Virus record (IMG/VR): IMGVR_UViG_3300030031_000041
Location: 2,764-66,763 of that record
Reading direction: 5' to 3' (one strand)
DNA from: a virus
Length of the DNA stretch: 64,000 nt
Below, in pieces: positions 37,472 through 47,828 of this stretch. How positions within the stretch are numbered: the stretch's first letter is position 1; each line of letters begins with the position of its first letter. The notes below the pieces were generated by a model. It searched no databases. It saw only the letters and a list, made by a program, of their open reading frames with translations, and was not told the origin of the DNA. The position numbers and the translations under genes were made by a program.

Positions 37472-38506
37472 ATGCCATTTAATGTTTTAGAATCCATCAC
37501 AGAGGAAGAGAGACTTAATTTCTCCCAGAGTTTTGATGTAAAAAGACCTGGTATCCTTGATACTATTTTTCCAGATATAAAAACACAATATCTGAAAGCC
37601 GAATATTACAGACTTATGGCCGGACAGAGACTTCCAGAAGTAGCGTTTGTTCATGCTCTTGATACTGAAGCAGAAATCGGTACAAGACCAGGATTCGAAA
37701 AAGTACTGACTGAAAAACTTTTCATTAAAAGAAAAATCAATCAGTCTGAAAGATTACGTCAGGCAATCGAAAATGGTGTGCCGGACAACGAAGCACTGAA
37801 AAACTTTGTATTTGACGATGCAGCTAACCTGTTTGAAGGCGTTGTTGCAAGAGCAAATGTCATGAAAGGTCAGTTCCTTTCTACTGGTGCTGTAACAATC
37901 AAAGAAAATCATGTTGATATGGGAATCAATTATGGTGTTCCAGCAACTGCAAAAGTAACACTTACCAACTGGGCTACACCAGAAGCAGATATCATGGGAG
38001 ATATCCAGAAAATGGTAGCTGTAGCAGAAGACAATGGTTATGTAGTTAATAAAGCCCTTACTTCTCTCAAAATGATTAACTACATGAGAAATAACACTGC
38101 TATGCAGACAGCAGTTCTGGGAGCAGATAACAAACGTCTTCTGACAAAACAGGAACTTGCAAATCTGCTTATGCAGGAATACGGAATCACAATTGATCGT
38201 TGCGATGAGAAATTCCGCTTCAGAAAAGCAGATGGTTCTCTTAAAACAGGCAGATACTTCAAAGAAGATGTATTTACTCTGTATGAAGCAGATGCAAACG
38301 GTTCTTTCGGTACAGGACTCTGGGGCGTGACGCCTGAGGAACTTGAATACAGACAGTTCATTCAGGAAGAAAACCGTTCTTTCGTAACACTGTCCATGTG
38401 GGCTACACAGGATCCGGTTGCAGTATGGACAAAAGCGTCCGGTATATTCGTTCCGGTTGCTCCGAAAGCTAATGGCGGTATCGTTATCGGCACAAAGGGG
38501 GAATAA
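37472..38506 (+). CDS. major capsid protein
   Basis: 344 aa, position and composition typical of HK97-fold capsid proteins. Confidence 0.7.
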   Translation: MPFNVLESITEEERLNFSQSFDVKRPGILDTIFPDIKTQYLKAEYYRLMAGQRLPEVAFVHALDTEAEIGTRPGFEKVLTEKLFIKRKINQSERLRQAIENGVPDNEALKNFVFDDAANLFEGVVARANVMKGQFLSTGAVTIKENHVDMGINYGVPATAKVTLTNWATPEADIMGDIQKMVAVAEDNGYVVNKALTSLKMINYMRNNTAMQTAVLGADNKRLLTKQELANLLMQEYGITIDRCDEKFRFRKADGSLKTGRYFKEDVFTLYEADANGSFGTGLWGVTPEELEYRQFIQEENRSFVTLSMWATQDPVAVWTKASGIFVPVAPKANGGIVIGTKGE

Positions 38507-38523
38507 GCGGGCATAGTCTCAAT

Positions 38524-38709
38524 GTGAACAGCCAATCACCGTCTGTAGCAAGTGTTGAATCCGAAGAACCAACACATAAATACACAGAAAGTGAGCTGTC
38601 TAATATGACTGTACCACAGTTAAGGCAGCTTGCAAGTGATAATGGCTATGCCCTGACCTCAACAAATAAGGCTGGTATCATTTCTGAAATATTAACTCGG
38701 CAAGGGTAG
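38524..38709 (+). CDS. small protein with Rho-N/SAP-like motif
   Basis: TVPQLRQLASDNGYA. Confidence 0.4.
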   Translation: MNSQSPSVASVESEEPTHKYTESELSNMTVPQLRQLASDNGYALTSTNKAGIISEILTRQG

Positions 38710-38719
38710 GTGATTTTGG

Positions 38720-39046
38720 ATGAACGAAGAGCTTATAAACGATTTGGTAAACTATCTTACCGATGATACAGAATCACCTGAAATGATTTCTCTTGCCGTA
38801 AAACGGGCAATTCGTTCGTTCAAGAATAAGAGAAACTATCCTTCAAGTTATACAGATAAAAAAATAGATAGTGACATGGAAAAGTGCTATGATTGCATAT
38901 TTGATTTAGCCCTCTATTTTCTTGTGAAGCAGGGGGCTGAGTTCCAAGGAATACATTCTGAATCTTCTGTAAATAGAAGTTGGGAATCTGAAACTGAAAT
39001 TTATATTAATCATGGTGTTTTTCCTTTTGCTGGAAGTTTCAGTTAA
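38720..39046 (+). CDS. head-tail connector-like protein
   Basis: position after capsid. Confidence 0.45.
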   Translation: MNEELINDLVNYLTDDTESPEMISLAVKRAIRSFKNKRNYPSSYTDKKIDSDMEKCYDCIFDLALYFLVKQGAEFQGIHSESSVNRSWESETEIYINHGVFPFAGSFS

Positions 39047-39156
39047 AAAAGATGGGATGGAACGCAATGTGTTTTTCCTCCCGGCACGTTGCAGGGTTGC
39101 TCGTTAAAGTAGGGAAAGAGCAAAAATCTTATAGGGAGTGAAAGAAAGGAAAAGCG

Positions 39157-39468
39157 ATGGGATGTGAACATGAGTGCTTTAACAATCACCGCTTCGAAGA
39201 AATTGAAAAAAATATTCATGATATGCAGGAAAAGCAGTCTGAAAGACACAAGGAATTTTATTCTAGAATTAATAAACTCGAACAGAAGACTGCCCTGTAT
39301 AGCAATGACTTAGATCATATCAAAGAAACAGTCGATGAGATGAACAACAATTTAAAAATTCTCATGGCAGTCCCTGGCAAACGTTATGACACCATTATTG
39401 TATGCATTATAACAGCAGTCGTGGGAGCAGTTGTAGGATTTATGTTGAGCGGTGTATTTCCTATGTAA
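39157..39468 (+). CDS. XhlA-like membrane protein (coiled coil + C-terminal TM)
   Basis: 103 aa; C-terminal IIVCIITAVVGAVVGFMLSGVF. Confidence 0.45.
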   Translation: MGCEHECFNNHRFEEIEKNIHDMQEKQSERHKEFYSRINKLEQKTALYSNDLDHIKETVDEMNNNLKILMAVPGKRYDTIIVCIITAVVGAVVGFMLSGVFPM

Positions 39469-39507
39469 CAAATCGATTCCACTTGTAAGGGAGGACGGTG
39501 GAGTTAT

Positions 39508-39762
39508 ATGAATTATGCGGATTTTTCAGAAGATGAAAGAAAATTTTACTTGCAAGAAGCAGGTTTTGATTCACGTGAAGAAAAATTATTTCGATTACGG
39601 GCTTATGGCGAAAAAACATTATGGGAAGCATCTGAATTAATGGGGTACAGTCCCAGAACCATAGACCGAATCAATAGAAAAATAAAAAAGAAAATTACCA
39701 AAGTTGCCCCGATGTATATTCGGGGCTTTTCTTTGTATAATGGCGGAAATGTGGCGAAATAG
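39508..39762 (+). CDS. small HTH protein (sigma region 4-like)
   Basis: EASELMGYSPRTIDRINRKIKKKI. Confidence 0.45.
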   Translation: MNYADFSEDERKFYLQEAGFDSREEKLFRLRAYGEKTLWEASELMGYSPRTIDRINRKIKKKITKVAPMYIRGFSLYNGGNVAK

Positions 39763-39917
39763 TGACGTTCAAATACAGTGTTCCTTCCTATATAATATAA
39801 TCATAGGAGAAAACGTAATGATTATATTAAGAAACCCTTACGAGGGTATATGGGAAAAGCATCGTTCTATAGATGATATGGATATGATTCTTGAATCCCG
39901 GACAGGAGGAACAGATT

Positions 39918-40424
39918 ATGGCAGGTTATCCGTATTATCCGCAACAGCCAATGATGAGCAACCCTTACGGACAAATACAGCCGTATCAAGACAGGTTGGC
40001 ACAATTACAGAATAACTATCAACAGGCAATGCCATATGGACAAATGCAGATGCAGCAGCCTGTACAACAAATGCAGCAAATGCCAATGCTTCAAGGGCAG
40101 ATGGTTGATGGCATTGATACTGTAAAAGCAAAAGATGTAGATATGTCTGGAAATCCTGTTTATTATCCAAAAACAGATGGTACAGAAGTCTACAGGAAAC
40201 AATTACAAGCAGACGGAAGAAGCAAAATTTTTGTTTACCGACTTGTCAATCCAGAAGCAGAGCAGCAACAGGAAGAACCAAAGCAGGTTGATCTAGTTGC
40301 TATGATTAATCAGCTTCGAAACGATGTATGTGCTGAAATTTCTGGAATCAAAGACATGTTTCCGACATTTATATCGGGAACATCGGAGCCTGCAAAACAG
40401 CAGAACGGAGGTAAGCAGAGATGA
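39918..40424 (+). CDS. Gln/Pro/Met-rich low-complexity protein
   Basis: RBS AGGAGG before ATG 39918. Confidence 0.45.
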   Translation: MAGYPYYPQQPMMSNPYGQIQPYQDRLAQLQNNYQQAMPYGQMQMQQPVQQMQQMPMLQGQMVDGIDTVKAKDVDMSGNPVYYPKTDGTEVYRKQLQADGRSKIFVYRLVNPEAEQQQEEPKQVDLVAMINQLRNDVCAEISGIKDMFPTFISGTSEPAKQQNGGKQR

Positions 40425-40666
40425 ATTTCAGCCCAAACGCTATGATGAAAAAGCAATTCGAGAAAATGATTTCTCAGAGGTTCGGAAGTGTGGATAACAT
40501 GATGAACGATATGAGTAAATTTGCAGGAAACAATCCGACATTGAAAAATGCGTTGGATTTATACAAAAAAGGTGATGCAGACCAGCTACATCAAATACAA
40601 CAAAATGTATTCAATGAAAAACATTTATCTCCAGATGGAATTATCCAGAAATTCCTTGGATTATAA
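40421..40666 (+). CDS. hypothetical protein
   Basis: ORF track. Confidence 0.4.
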   Translation: MNFSPNAMMKKQFEKMISQRFGSVDNMMNDMSKFAGNNPTLKNALDLYKKGDADQLHQIQQNVFNEKHLSPDGIIQKFLGL

Positions 40667-40762
40667 CATTTCCCCATAATTGGGTGATTCAGAATCGCTA
40701 CAATTTGGGACGACAGCCGCGGATGTCTCCTATTGTAAATAATATTTAAGGAGACTAAAAAC

Positions 40763-41563
40763 ATGATGAATGGTTCAAATTACAGTCTTAGTGACATTGC
40801 TGCCGCTACAGGCTCTAATAATCGCGCCAATGATATGTGGGGCGGTGATGGCTTTTCACTTATCTGGCTTGTCTTGATCTTTGCTATCTTTGGATGGGGA
40901 GGTTTTGGCGGCTGGGGCGGCGGCTTCGGTGGCAATGGTGCAAATGGTGCAGGTTTCCAAGGATGGGCTACACGTTCCGATATCAATGAGGGATTTGCTC
41001 TTAATGATATCCAGAATGGTATTAGAGGTATTCAGCAGGGTATCTGCGATAGCACATATGCTCTCAACAATACCATGCAGAGTGGATTTAATGGCATGAA
41101 TGTTGGAATGCTCCAAGGCTTCAATGGAATTCAGCAGGCTATTAACGCTGATACTGTAGCAAACATGCAGAACACAAATGCATTACAGTCTCAATTAGCA
41201 AATTGTTGCTGTGAAACAAGAGAAGCTATCCAAGGTATCAACTACAACCTGGCAACCAACACTTGTGCTCTTCAAAACACAATGAACAACAATACCAGAG
41301 ATATTCTGGACAATCAGAACAGCAATACAAGAGCAATCCTTGATTTCTTGACGAATGATAAGATTGCAACATTGCAGGCAGAGAACTCTGATCTGAAGCG
41401 TGCTGCATCTCAGGATCGCCAGTCCGCGCTGATTGTAACTGAAATGAATGCACAGACGCAGCGATTAATCAATTCAATCAATCCATCCCCGATTCCTGCA
41501 TTTCAGGTACCGGCTCCGTATGCATACGCAGGATGCAACGGATATGGAAACGGTTGCTGCTAA
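40763..41563 (+). CDS. Gly/Asn-rich membrane protein with C-terminal Cys pair
   Basis: TM helix LIWLVLIFAIFGW then GGFGG repeats, ends CNGYGNGCC. Confidence 0.45.
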   Translation: MMNGSNYSLSDIAAATGSNNRANDMWGGDGFSLIWLVLIFAIFGWGGFGGWGGGFGGNGANGAGFQGWATRSDINEGFALNDIQNGIRGIQQGICDSTYALNNTMQSGFNGMNVGMLQGFNGIQQAINADTVANMQNTNALQSQLANCCCETREAIQGINYNLATNTCALQNTMNNNTRDILDNQNSNTRAILDFLTNDKIATLQAENSDLKRAASQDRQSALIVTEMNAQTQRLINSINPSPIPAFQVPAPYAYAGCNGYGNGCC

Positions 41564-41640
41564 GTAACTCGCCCTTAGAGGTTGACTAATTCTAAGAGGT
41601 GGGTTGCGGCTCACCTCTTATTTGATTGAGAGGTAGAAAT

Positions 41641-42066
41641 ATGAGTTGTAAAAATGTTTGTAAGCTCTGCAACCATCTTGTGATAAGCCAGTCTGTCGCA
41701 TTCACTGGTGGGAATCTTGTGGTTACACTCCCGGCAGGCAGTTATTCCAATGGAGAAAAGTATTGCATTGTTATCGCACAAAGCATACCAGAAGCCACTA
41801 CGATTACTGCCCCGGTAATGATTCAAATAGGAACAGGAACAACTTTGTATCCGCTAGAGAATCGTTGCTGCGCACAGGTTACAGCTTGTGGCGTAAGAAC
41901 CAGAACGAAGTACGCAACCAGAATAGCTACAAGTGCAACTGGTGGAGTATTCAAGATGCTAGGAAACCCGGCTTGTAGTCCGAGTAATAATTTAACTGCA
42001 ATTAATGGTACAGCCCCAACAACAGACACACCTGTTACACAGGCTGTTAGAAAGGGGGCACTGTAA
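41641..42066 (+). CDS. Cys-containing hypothetical protein
   Basis: ATG after GAGAGGTAG. Confidence 0.45.
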   Translation: MSCKNVCKLCNHLVISQSVAFTGGNLVVTLPAGSYSNGEKYCIVIAQSIPEATTITAPVMIQIGTGTTLYPLENRCCAQVTACGVRTRTKYATRIATSATGGVFKMLGNPACSPSNNLTAINGTAPTTDTPVTQAVRKGAL

Positions 42067-42692
42067 TGCATAAAGTTGCAATGGAAATGGGAAAATGGGC
42101 TATGGAAAAAGCCAAAACACATGGCTTCGATAATCTCAGTGCTCAAGACTGGGACGATCTGAAAGACTGCATGGAATCCGTAAAGTGTGCGATTTGTGCA
42201 GATAAAGATTACAGAATCGTAGAAGCTATGGACGAATGTGAACAGGAAGAGAAATATCTTGGACGCATGGGATATGACAGATATCGTTATGCAAACGGCA
42301 GATTTGCACCAAAAGGCAGAGGAAGCCGTATGGGATACAAGCCGTATCTGTACATGGAAGATGATGACTGGATGGAAGAGTATCTGAACAATCCAGAGTT
42401 CGAACGTAATATGTACCGCATGGGATATCATCCAGATCGTAGTGATATGAGAATGGATGGAATGAACCATAAGCAGTCCAGATATGGCGAAAGCTATGAC
42501 AGATACAGCGAGAATCGCAGGCATTACCATGATTCCAACGATACAGAATCTAAGAGAAAAATGGATGATTCCATGAAAGAGTACACATCTGACATTATCC
42601 GCAATCTTACTGAGATGTGGTCTGATGCAGATGCGACCCTTAGGCAGTCGATGAAAACCGACTTAACTCGTCTGATACAGCAGATGAATTGA
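42066..42692 (+). CDS. repeat-containing hypothetical protein (RMGY repeats)
   Basis: ORF track. Confidence 0.45.
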   Translation: MHKVAMEMGKWAMEKAKTHGFDNLSAQDWDDLKDCMESVKCAICADKDYRIVEAMDECEQEEKYLGRMGYDRYRYANGRFAPKGRGSRMGYKPYLYMEDDDWMEEYLNNPEFERNMYRMGYHPDRSDMRMDGMNHKQSRYGESYDRYSENRRHYHDSNDTESKRKMDDSMKEYTSDIIRNLTEMWSDADATLRQSMKTDLTRLIQQMN

Positions 42693-42761
42693 ATATGAAA
42701 TGAATTTTGCCCTTGTTACAGGAATGTAGCAGGGGCTTTTAATTGGAAATGGGGTATAAAC

Positions 42762-43010
42762 ATGATTCCTAATTTAAGAAAGTTATTTTGCAAACATAAG
42801 AACAGCGAAGTGATCTGCTGGCACTGGACACACGGACCGAATGGCAATGATATAAGATTTTTGGAAATCCAAAGAAAATGTATGGAATGTGGAAAATATT
42901 TCTTTACGCATATAAAAGATTGGGATGAGTGCGATGAATTTATTAAGAAGTATCCCGACAAAGAATGGTCAGATAAATGTAAGCCCGTTTTATACTTTAA
43001 AGGATGGTGA
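42762..43010 (+). CDS. Zn-binding small protein
   Basis: CWHW..CMECG. Confidence 0.4.
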   Translation: MIPNLRKLFCKHKNSEVICWHWTHGPNGNDIRFLEIQRKCMECGKYFFTHIKDWDECDEFIKKYPDKEWSDKCKPVLYFKGW

Positions 43011-43016
43011 TAAACC

Positions 43017-43403
43017 ATGCTAAGACAATTTTACATGAACGGCGACTTATGGAGAGTGCAGTTCGTATCTCCGCACGACAGTGTGTTAATTGATCGCACA
43101 GGTAATAGAACACTTGCGGTATCGGATTATTCTACAATGATAATTTCAATTGCAAATAATCTGCATGGGGAACTTCTGAACCGTGTGTTTATCCATGAAT
43201 TAGGTCATTGCGTGATGTTCAGCTACGGTCTATTACCAGAACTTCACCGCATGGTCAAAAAACGATACTGGGTGGACGCAGAGGAATGGTGTTGCAATCT
43301 TCTAGCTGACTATTCTTGTTTCGTGATTGGCACAGCTAGAGATGCTTTAGGAAACCAGTTCACATATGTATCTCCTGTTGGGGTAGAAAGGATGATAGCT
43401 TAA
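43017..43403 (+). CDS. HExxH metallopeptidase-like protein (ImmA/DUF955-like)
   Basis: IHELGHCVMF. Confidence 0.5.
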   Translation: MLRQFYMNGDLWRVQFVSPHDSVLIDRTGNRTLAVSDYSTMIISIANNLHGELLNRVFIHELGHCVMFSYGLLPELHRMVKKRYWVDAEEWCCNLLADYSCFVIGTARDALGNQFTYVSPVGVERMIA

Positions 43404-45043
43404 TGGCATTTGCAGACAATAATATCATACCAATACAATTAGATTATAGATTCGTGACAACCCGTAAAATCTGGCAATACGACTACGGTCAGATATTGAG
43501 CATCACGGGACAGAATCTTCCAACAGCTACGGAGGTACATTTTAGCCTTGACATAAGAGGTGGAAGCACACTGTCAAGAGTTGGAACAACAATGGATGGC
43601 GTGACAACTGTTAAGATTCCAGACGAATTACTGAAAAACAATGGAAAGTCTGGTGATTTTTCCATCTATGCATTCATATATGTGGCTGATGAGGAATCTG
43701 GCAATACAGAGTACAGAATTACTATTCCGGTGTACAGTCGACCAAAGCCAGAGAATCCAAGCGTAGATCCAGCACCGGAACCGAATATTTTCCACGAAAC
43801 GGTTACTGCGGTCAATAACGCGGCTGATCGGGCAGAAAAAGCAGCGAAAGATACGGAGCAAATACGTGACAATCTGAATCTTGACCTGTCAGAGAAAATC
43901 ACTCGACCACAGTACGCAAAGGTTGGACAGGTAATAGCGGTAAAAGAAGTCGGTACAGACGGCAAACCGACAGATTTCGAAGCGAAGGACATGACAGGCG
44001 GTGCGTCTACGGAAGAAATCAAAGAAGCTGTCGGCGCGTATATGCAAGAACACCCGTTTGAAGAGACCGACCCAACAGTTCCAGACTGGGCGAAACAACC
44101 AGAAAAACCGACATATACTGCGGAAGACGTTGGTGCATTGCCAGATAATACAAAGATTCCAACAAAGACATCTGAGCTAGAAAATGACAGCGGATTTCTT
44201 GATTCTCCCCCAGCTCCCGAAGTTGGCAAAATCCTCAAAATTAAATCAGTCAACGAAGACGGCACATTCACTTGTGAGTGGGCTGATGGTGGAAGTAACT
44301 TGGATGTGCGGATTAATGGTGAGAGTATTGTGCAGGATGGGGTTGCGGAGATACCGATATCTTCGCATGATACTCTTGGATTGGTATACACCGACAACTC
44401 GGCCGGAGGCTATACTACTGGGCTAATGAATCAACAAGGAAGATTAAAAGTAAATACCGCAAGCATTGACGATGTAAATAAGAGACGTCTTAGAAAAGAA
44501 ATTGATTGTTCCAACTTTGATTACGCCGTCAAAGCCGCCATGTGCGACGGAAAAGGTGCTGCATGGACAGCAGAGGAACAGGCGACGGCTAGAGCGAGGA
44601 TAGGTGCGCTTGACACTCAAGATATGATAGACATCACAGAAATAACAATGGATGCCGAAACATTGAAATATGTATTCCCATCATTTGCAGACTACAGAAT
44701 ATTAGAGATTTCATTTTTGAAAACAAAAAAAGAGATCGCAGGACTTACAGGGAATATTTGGCTTAAGCCTAATTATGCTCATGCTCAATGGATTGTTACC
44801 AGTACGTTTGCGGATATGCTTAATATATTCACTTTAGACACGTCTGGAAAATCATGCATCGGGAAAAATGTGCATACAAACAATACACAAATTGTAATAG
44901 GCACACAAGGACTCATTGTAGATAAAGAATATTGGAACACAGAGTTTCGGGGATCCCCCTATCTCTTGTTACCAAATACAGAGTGGGCACAGTATTGTGC
45001 AGAATGTAATACAATAATAAAAGTTAGGGGGATTAAGAGATGA
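43403..45043 (+). CDS. structural protein, tail fiber-like
   Basis: 546 aa, Thr/Asp/Gly-rich. Confidence 0.5.
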   Translation: MAFADNNIIPIQLDYRFVTTRKIWQYDYGQILSITGQNLPTATEVHFSLDIRGGSTLSRVGTTMDGVTTVKIPDELLKNNGKSGDFSIYAFIYVADEESGNTEYRITIPVYSRPKPENPSVDPAPEPNIFHETVTAVNNAADRAEKAAKDTEQIRDNLNLDLSEKITRPQYAKVGQVIAVKEVGTDGKPTDFEAKDMTGGASTEEIKEAVGAYMQEHPFEETDPTVPDWAKQPEKPTYTAEDVGALPDNTKIPTKTSELENDSGFLDSPPAPEVGKILKIKSVNEDGTFTCEWADGGSNLDVRINGESIVQDGVAEIPISSHDTLGLVYTDNSAGGYTTGLMNQQGRLKVNTASIDDVNKRRLRKEIDCSNFDYAVKAAMCDGKGAAWTAEEQATARARIGALDTQDMIDITEITMDAETLKYVFPSFADYRILEISFLKTKKEIAGLTGNIWLKPNYAHAQWIVTSTFADMLNIFTLDTSGKSCIGKNVHTNNTQIVIGTQGLIVDKEYWNTEFRGSPYLLLPNTEWAQYCAECNTIIKVRGIKR

Positions 45044-45336
45044 AGGTGTCAGAATACAAACAAACAGGAACCCGTACAGAATCCTACACAGTAACCGTTC
45101 CAGCAGAATACGATGAAGAGGGCAATCTCATCTCCGAAGAACACGAAGAAACCCGTACCCGTGAAGTCCCAGTCATGGGAATGGTCTACAGAGATATGAC
45201 ACCTGAAGAGATTGCCGAGCTGGAGAAGATTCAGACGGAACTCCCAGAAGAACAACCGACTCAGCAAGATCGTATCGAGGCACAGGTTATGTACACGGCA
45301 CTGATGACAGACACATTATTAGAAAGTGAGGAATAA
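45040..45336 (+). CDS. XkdW-like protein
   Basis: precedes XkdX-like ORF. Confidence 0.4.
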   Translation: MKVSEYKQTGTRTESYTVTVPAEYDEEGNLISEEHEETRTREVPVMGMVYRDMTPEEIAELEKIQTELPEEQPTQQDRIEAQVMYTALMTDTLLESEE

Positions 45337-45338
45337 AA

Positions 45339-45464
45339 ATGTTTGAGAAAATTAAGAGATTTTTCAACCTGCATCTGTACACGAAGAAACAGATCAGACA
45401 GTTTGCGGAGAAAGGTGTAATCACCCCGGAGCAGTATAAGCAGATCACCGGAGAAGAGTACTAA
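45339..45464 (+). CDS. XkdX-family small protein
   Basis: 41 aa ORF not in track: LYTKKQIRQFAEKGVITPEQYKQITGEEY. Confidence 0.45.
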   Translation: MFEKIKRFFNLHLYTKKQIRQFAEKGVITPEQYKQITGEEY

Positions 45465-45469
45465 CACGA

Positions 45470-45868
45470 GTGAGGTATATTATGAGAGGGTTAAAGCGAC
45501 AGCAACAGATAGTATACTGGTCAAAAGTAACCGAAGCACTTGATGGGATAGATACCGTATCGTCCTACAGTCAGCCACAAAGTTTTAAGTTTTCCGTATC
45601 ATCCACCGCAGGAACACCAGAGGAAATATCGGCAGGAATTGTGCCGGATTACGACAGGTACATTACTTCATTCAACCGTTCTTTCCATCCGCAAGAGGGA
45701 GATGTATTTTGGATTGATACCGTGCCACAGGTTGACACACTCGGAAATCTGGTTCTGGAAGATGGTATTCCTACAACACCGCCAGATTATCGTTTGAAGA
45801 AAATCCTTGATACGCAAAGAGGGAATCTGGCTAGATATGGAATTAAAAAGATAGGTGCAGAAGAATGA
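45470..45868 (+). CDS. hypothetical structural protein
   Basis: ORF track. Confidence 0.45.
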   Translation: MRYIMRGLKRQQQIVYWSKVTEALDGIDTVSSYSQPQSFKFSVSSTAGTPEEISAGIVPDYDRYITSFNRSFHPQEGDVFWIDTVPQVDTLGNLVLEDGIPTTPPDYRLKKILDTQRGNLARYGIKKIGAEE

Positions 45869-46383
45869 ATGGACGAGTAATCAAATGCAATCTGAGTCAA
45901 AAATCTATTGGAAATGCAATCAAAGAATTGGAAGCATACCAAAACAGTCTTCGCGATAAAAACGAGTTGTTCCTTAAAAGGCTTTGCGAATTGGGAATTC
46001 CTGTCATAGACGAAAATATTATGTTGGCACAGGGAGATTCTGATAAAAACCACAATACCTACATCAAAATCAACAGGTTCGGAAATTACGCGCAGGCAAC
46101 TCTTGTGTGCGAGGGTTCTGGGATTTTATTCATAGAATTCGGTGCAGGTATTTCGTACAACACTCCGGCAGGAACAAGCCCGCATCCAAAAGGAGAAGAA
46201 TTTGGTTACACAATCGGTTCTTACGGACAAGGCAAAGGAAAAAACGAATCGTGGGTATATGTGGCAGATTCTGGCGAGTGGGTACGTTCTTACGGTACGG
46301 AGGCTACAATGCCCGTTTACAAAGCAAGCGTAGAAATTATGCAGAATATCCGTAGAATCGCAAAAGAAGTGTTTTCTGCATAA
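45865..46383 (+). CDS. hypothetical structural protein
   Basis: ORF track. Confidence 0.45.
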   Translation: MNGRVIKCNLSQKSIGNAIKELEAYQNSLRDKNELFLKRLCELGIPVIDENIMLAQGDSDKNHNTYIKINRFGNYAQATLVCEGSGILFIEFGAGISYNTPAGTSPHPKGEEFGYTIGSYGQGKGKNESWVYVADSGEWVRSYGTEATMPVYKASVEIMQNIRRIAKEVFSA

Positions 46384-46393
46384 AAACATAGCA

Positions 46394-46474
46394 CCTTTTC
46401 TTACTGAATATAACGTCTGTTTTATGTATACTGTAAGATATAAAAGCATCTACCGAAATGGTGGGTGCTTTTTC
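46394..46474 (+). promoter_or_regulatory. late regulatory element copy B
   Basis: box CCTTTTCTTACTGAATA, TATGTATACT, hairpin 46446-46468 + U-tract. Confidence 0.55.
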
Positions 46475-46501
46475 TATGCTCAAAACAAGGTGGTGACAGA
46501 G

Positions 46502-46903
46502 ATGCCAGATGTAGTAAAAAATCCAGTTTCAGACGTATTTGAAAGATGGAGAACAACTATTGAACCTGTTGTAGGAAAAGGTAACTTTTCTAATGATGAA
46601 AGCCAGACGGTAGCTTCAAACAAAAGGGTTTACGCACGTTTGTTCTTGCTTGGAAATCCAACATCACGTGGCAATCTTGAGGGGGATGAGTGCGCGACAA
46701 CGCCATCTTTCCAATCAGAATCCTATGCGGCTGGTTCAAAAGCTTCTTCAAAAGTATATGAAATTGACGATGCCAGCCACAAGGCCATGGTTGACATGGG
46801 GTTCCGTAGGATATACGGGCCCGTAAGACAGAATAATGCTGATAACAGCATAAAACGTGTTGTTAGCAGATATAGCCGGATATATACCGGCACATTACTC
46901 TAG
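46502..46903 (+). CDS. hypothetical structural protein
   Basis: ATG 46502 after AAGGTGGTG. Confidence 0.45.
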   Translation: MPDVVKNPVSDVFERWRTTIEPVVGKGNFSNDESQTVASNKRVYARLFLLGNPTSRGNLEGDECATTPSFQSESYAAGSKASSKVYEIDDASHKAMVDMGFRRIYGPVRQNNADNSIKRVVSRYSRIYTGTLL

Positions 46904-46920
46904 GAAAGGAGTGAAAAAAC

Positions 46921-47214
46921 ATGGAACAGATTATGAACTATGTGAAACCGGAACTTCTTATTGTCGCGGTTGTACTGTACTTTATCGGAATGGGTATTAA
47001 AAAATCCGAAGTCATACCGGACAAATATATCCCGGCAATCCTTGGTGCTTTAGGCATTCTGATTTGTGGAATTTATGTTATTGCTACATGTGCTATATCT
47101 GGCGCACAGGAAATCGCAATGGCAATTTTTACCGCAATCACACAGGGAATCCTCGTTGCAGGACTTAGTAATTATGTAAATCAGATCGTAAAGCAGGCAA
47201 GCAAAGAAGACTAG
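46921..47214 (+). CDS. putative holin (multi-TM small protein)
   Basis: 97 aa, 2-3 TM helices, charged C-terminus. Confidence 0.45.
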   Translation: MEQIMNYVKPELLIVAVVLYFIGMGIKKSEVIPDKYIPAILGALGILICGIYVIATCAISGAQEIAMAIFTAITQGILVAGLSNYVNQIVKQASKED

Positions 47215-47262
47215 AAGGAGGTGATCCTTTTATCTCCCGGTACAGGGTTAAGTATCAGAACC

Positions 47263-47287
47263 AGAGCCATTAAGGCTCTTTTTTATT
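47263..47287 (+). terminator. intrinsic terminator
   Basis: AGAGCC/GGCTCT stem + TTTTTTATT. Confidence 0.45.
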
Positions 47288-47324
47288 GCAATAATTCATA
47301 GCCGAAAGGCAGAAAGGAGCCAAA

Positions 47325-47804
47325 ATGGCACGATTAACTACACTTGGTGTGAAATTTTCATATGCCGTTGAAACCGTGAAAGGCACAAAGCCTACCAAAT
47401 TCACACAGCTGGAAGAAGCCTCTTCCATTGGCGGCATTTCTCTTGAAACAGAACAGATTGACGTTTCTGCACTGGAAGATTATCTGACACAGTATGCAGC
47501 TGGTAGACAGGATACTGGTGGTACATGGGAAATTGAATTCATCATGGATCCAGACAAATCTGTTAAACAGATTAAAAAACTGTACGAAGATTCTAAAGCT
47601 GCAAAAACTACAGGACTGGCAACCTGGTTCCAGGTGTCATTCCCGGATATGTCCGACGCATTCTTTGTTATTGCGGAATGCGGTCGCGAAATTCCAATGC
47701 CAGAAATTGCACAGAACGAAGCAGCAACCATGTCTATTTCTCTTATCATCAATACATATAAGGGACTGGATACCAAAATTGAGCCGACAGCGGCTGCTGA
47801 ATAA
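47325..47804 (+). CDS. major tail protein
   Basis: 159 aa upstream of chaperone pair and tape measure. Confidence 0.55.
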   Translation: MARLTTLGVKFSYAVETVKGTKPTKFTQLEEASSIGGISLETEQIDVSALEDYLTQYAAGRQDTGGTWEIEFIMDPDKSVKQIKKLYEDSKAAKTTGLATWFQVSFPDMSDAFFVIAECGREIPMPEIAQNEAATMSISLIINTYKGLDTKIEPTAAAE

Positions 47805-47828
47805 GATGTAGATCAGGGAGGATAATTC

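Noticed and set aside
41823-42530. 235-aa minus-strand ORF inside the structural region
   Set aside because: Fully antisense to + strand genes with RBSs and coupling. No start-site signals.
43666-44397. 243-aa minus-strand ORF
   Set aside because: Antisense to the 546-aa structural gene. Ser-rich translation typical of the reverse frame of a Thr/Asp/Glu-rich gene.
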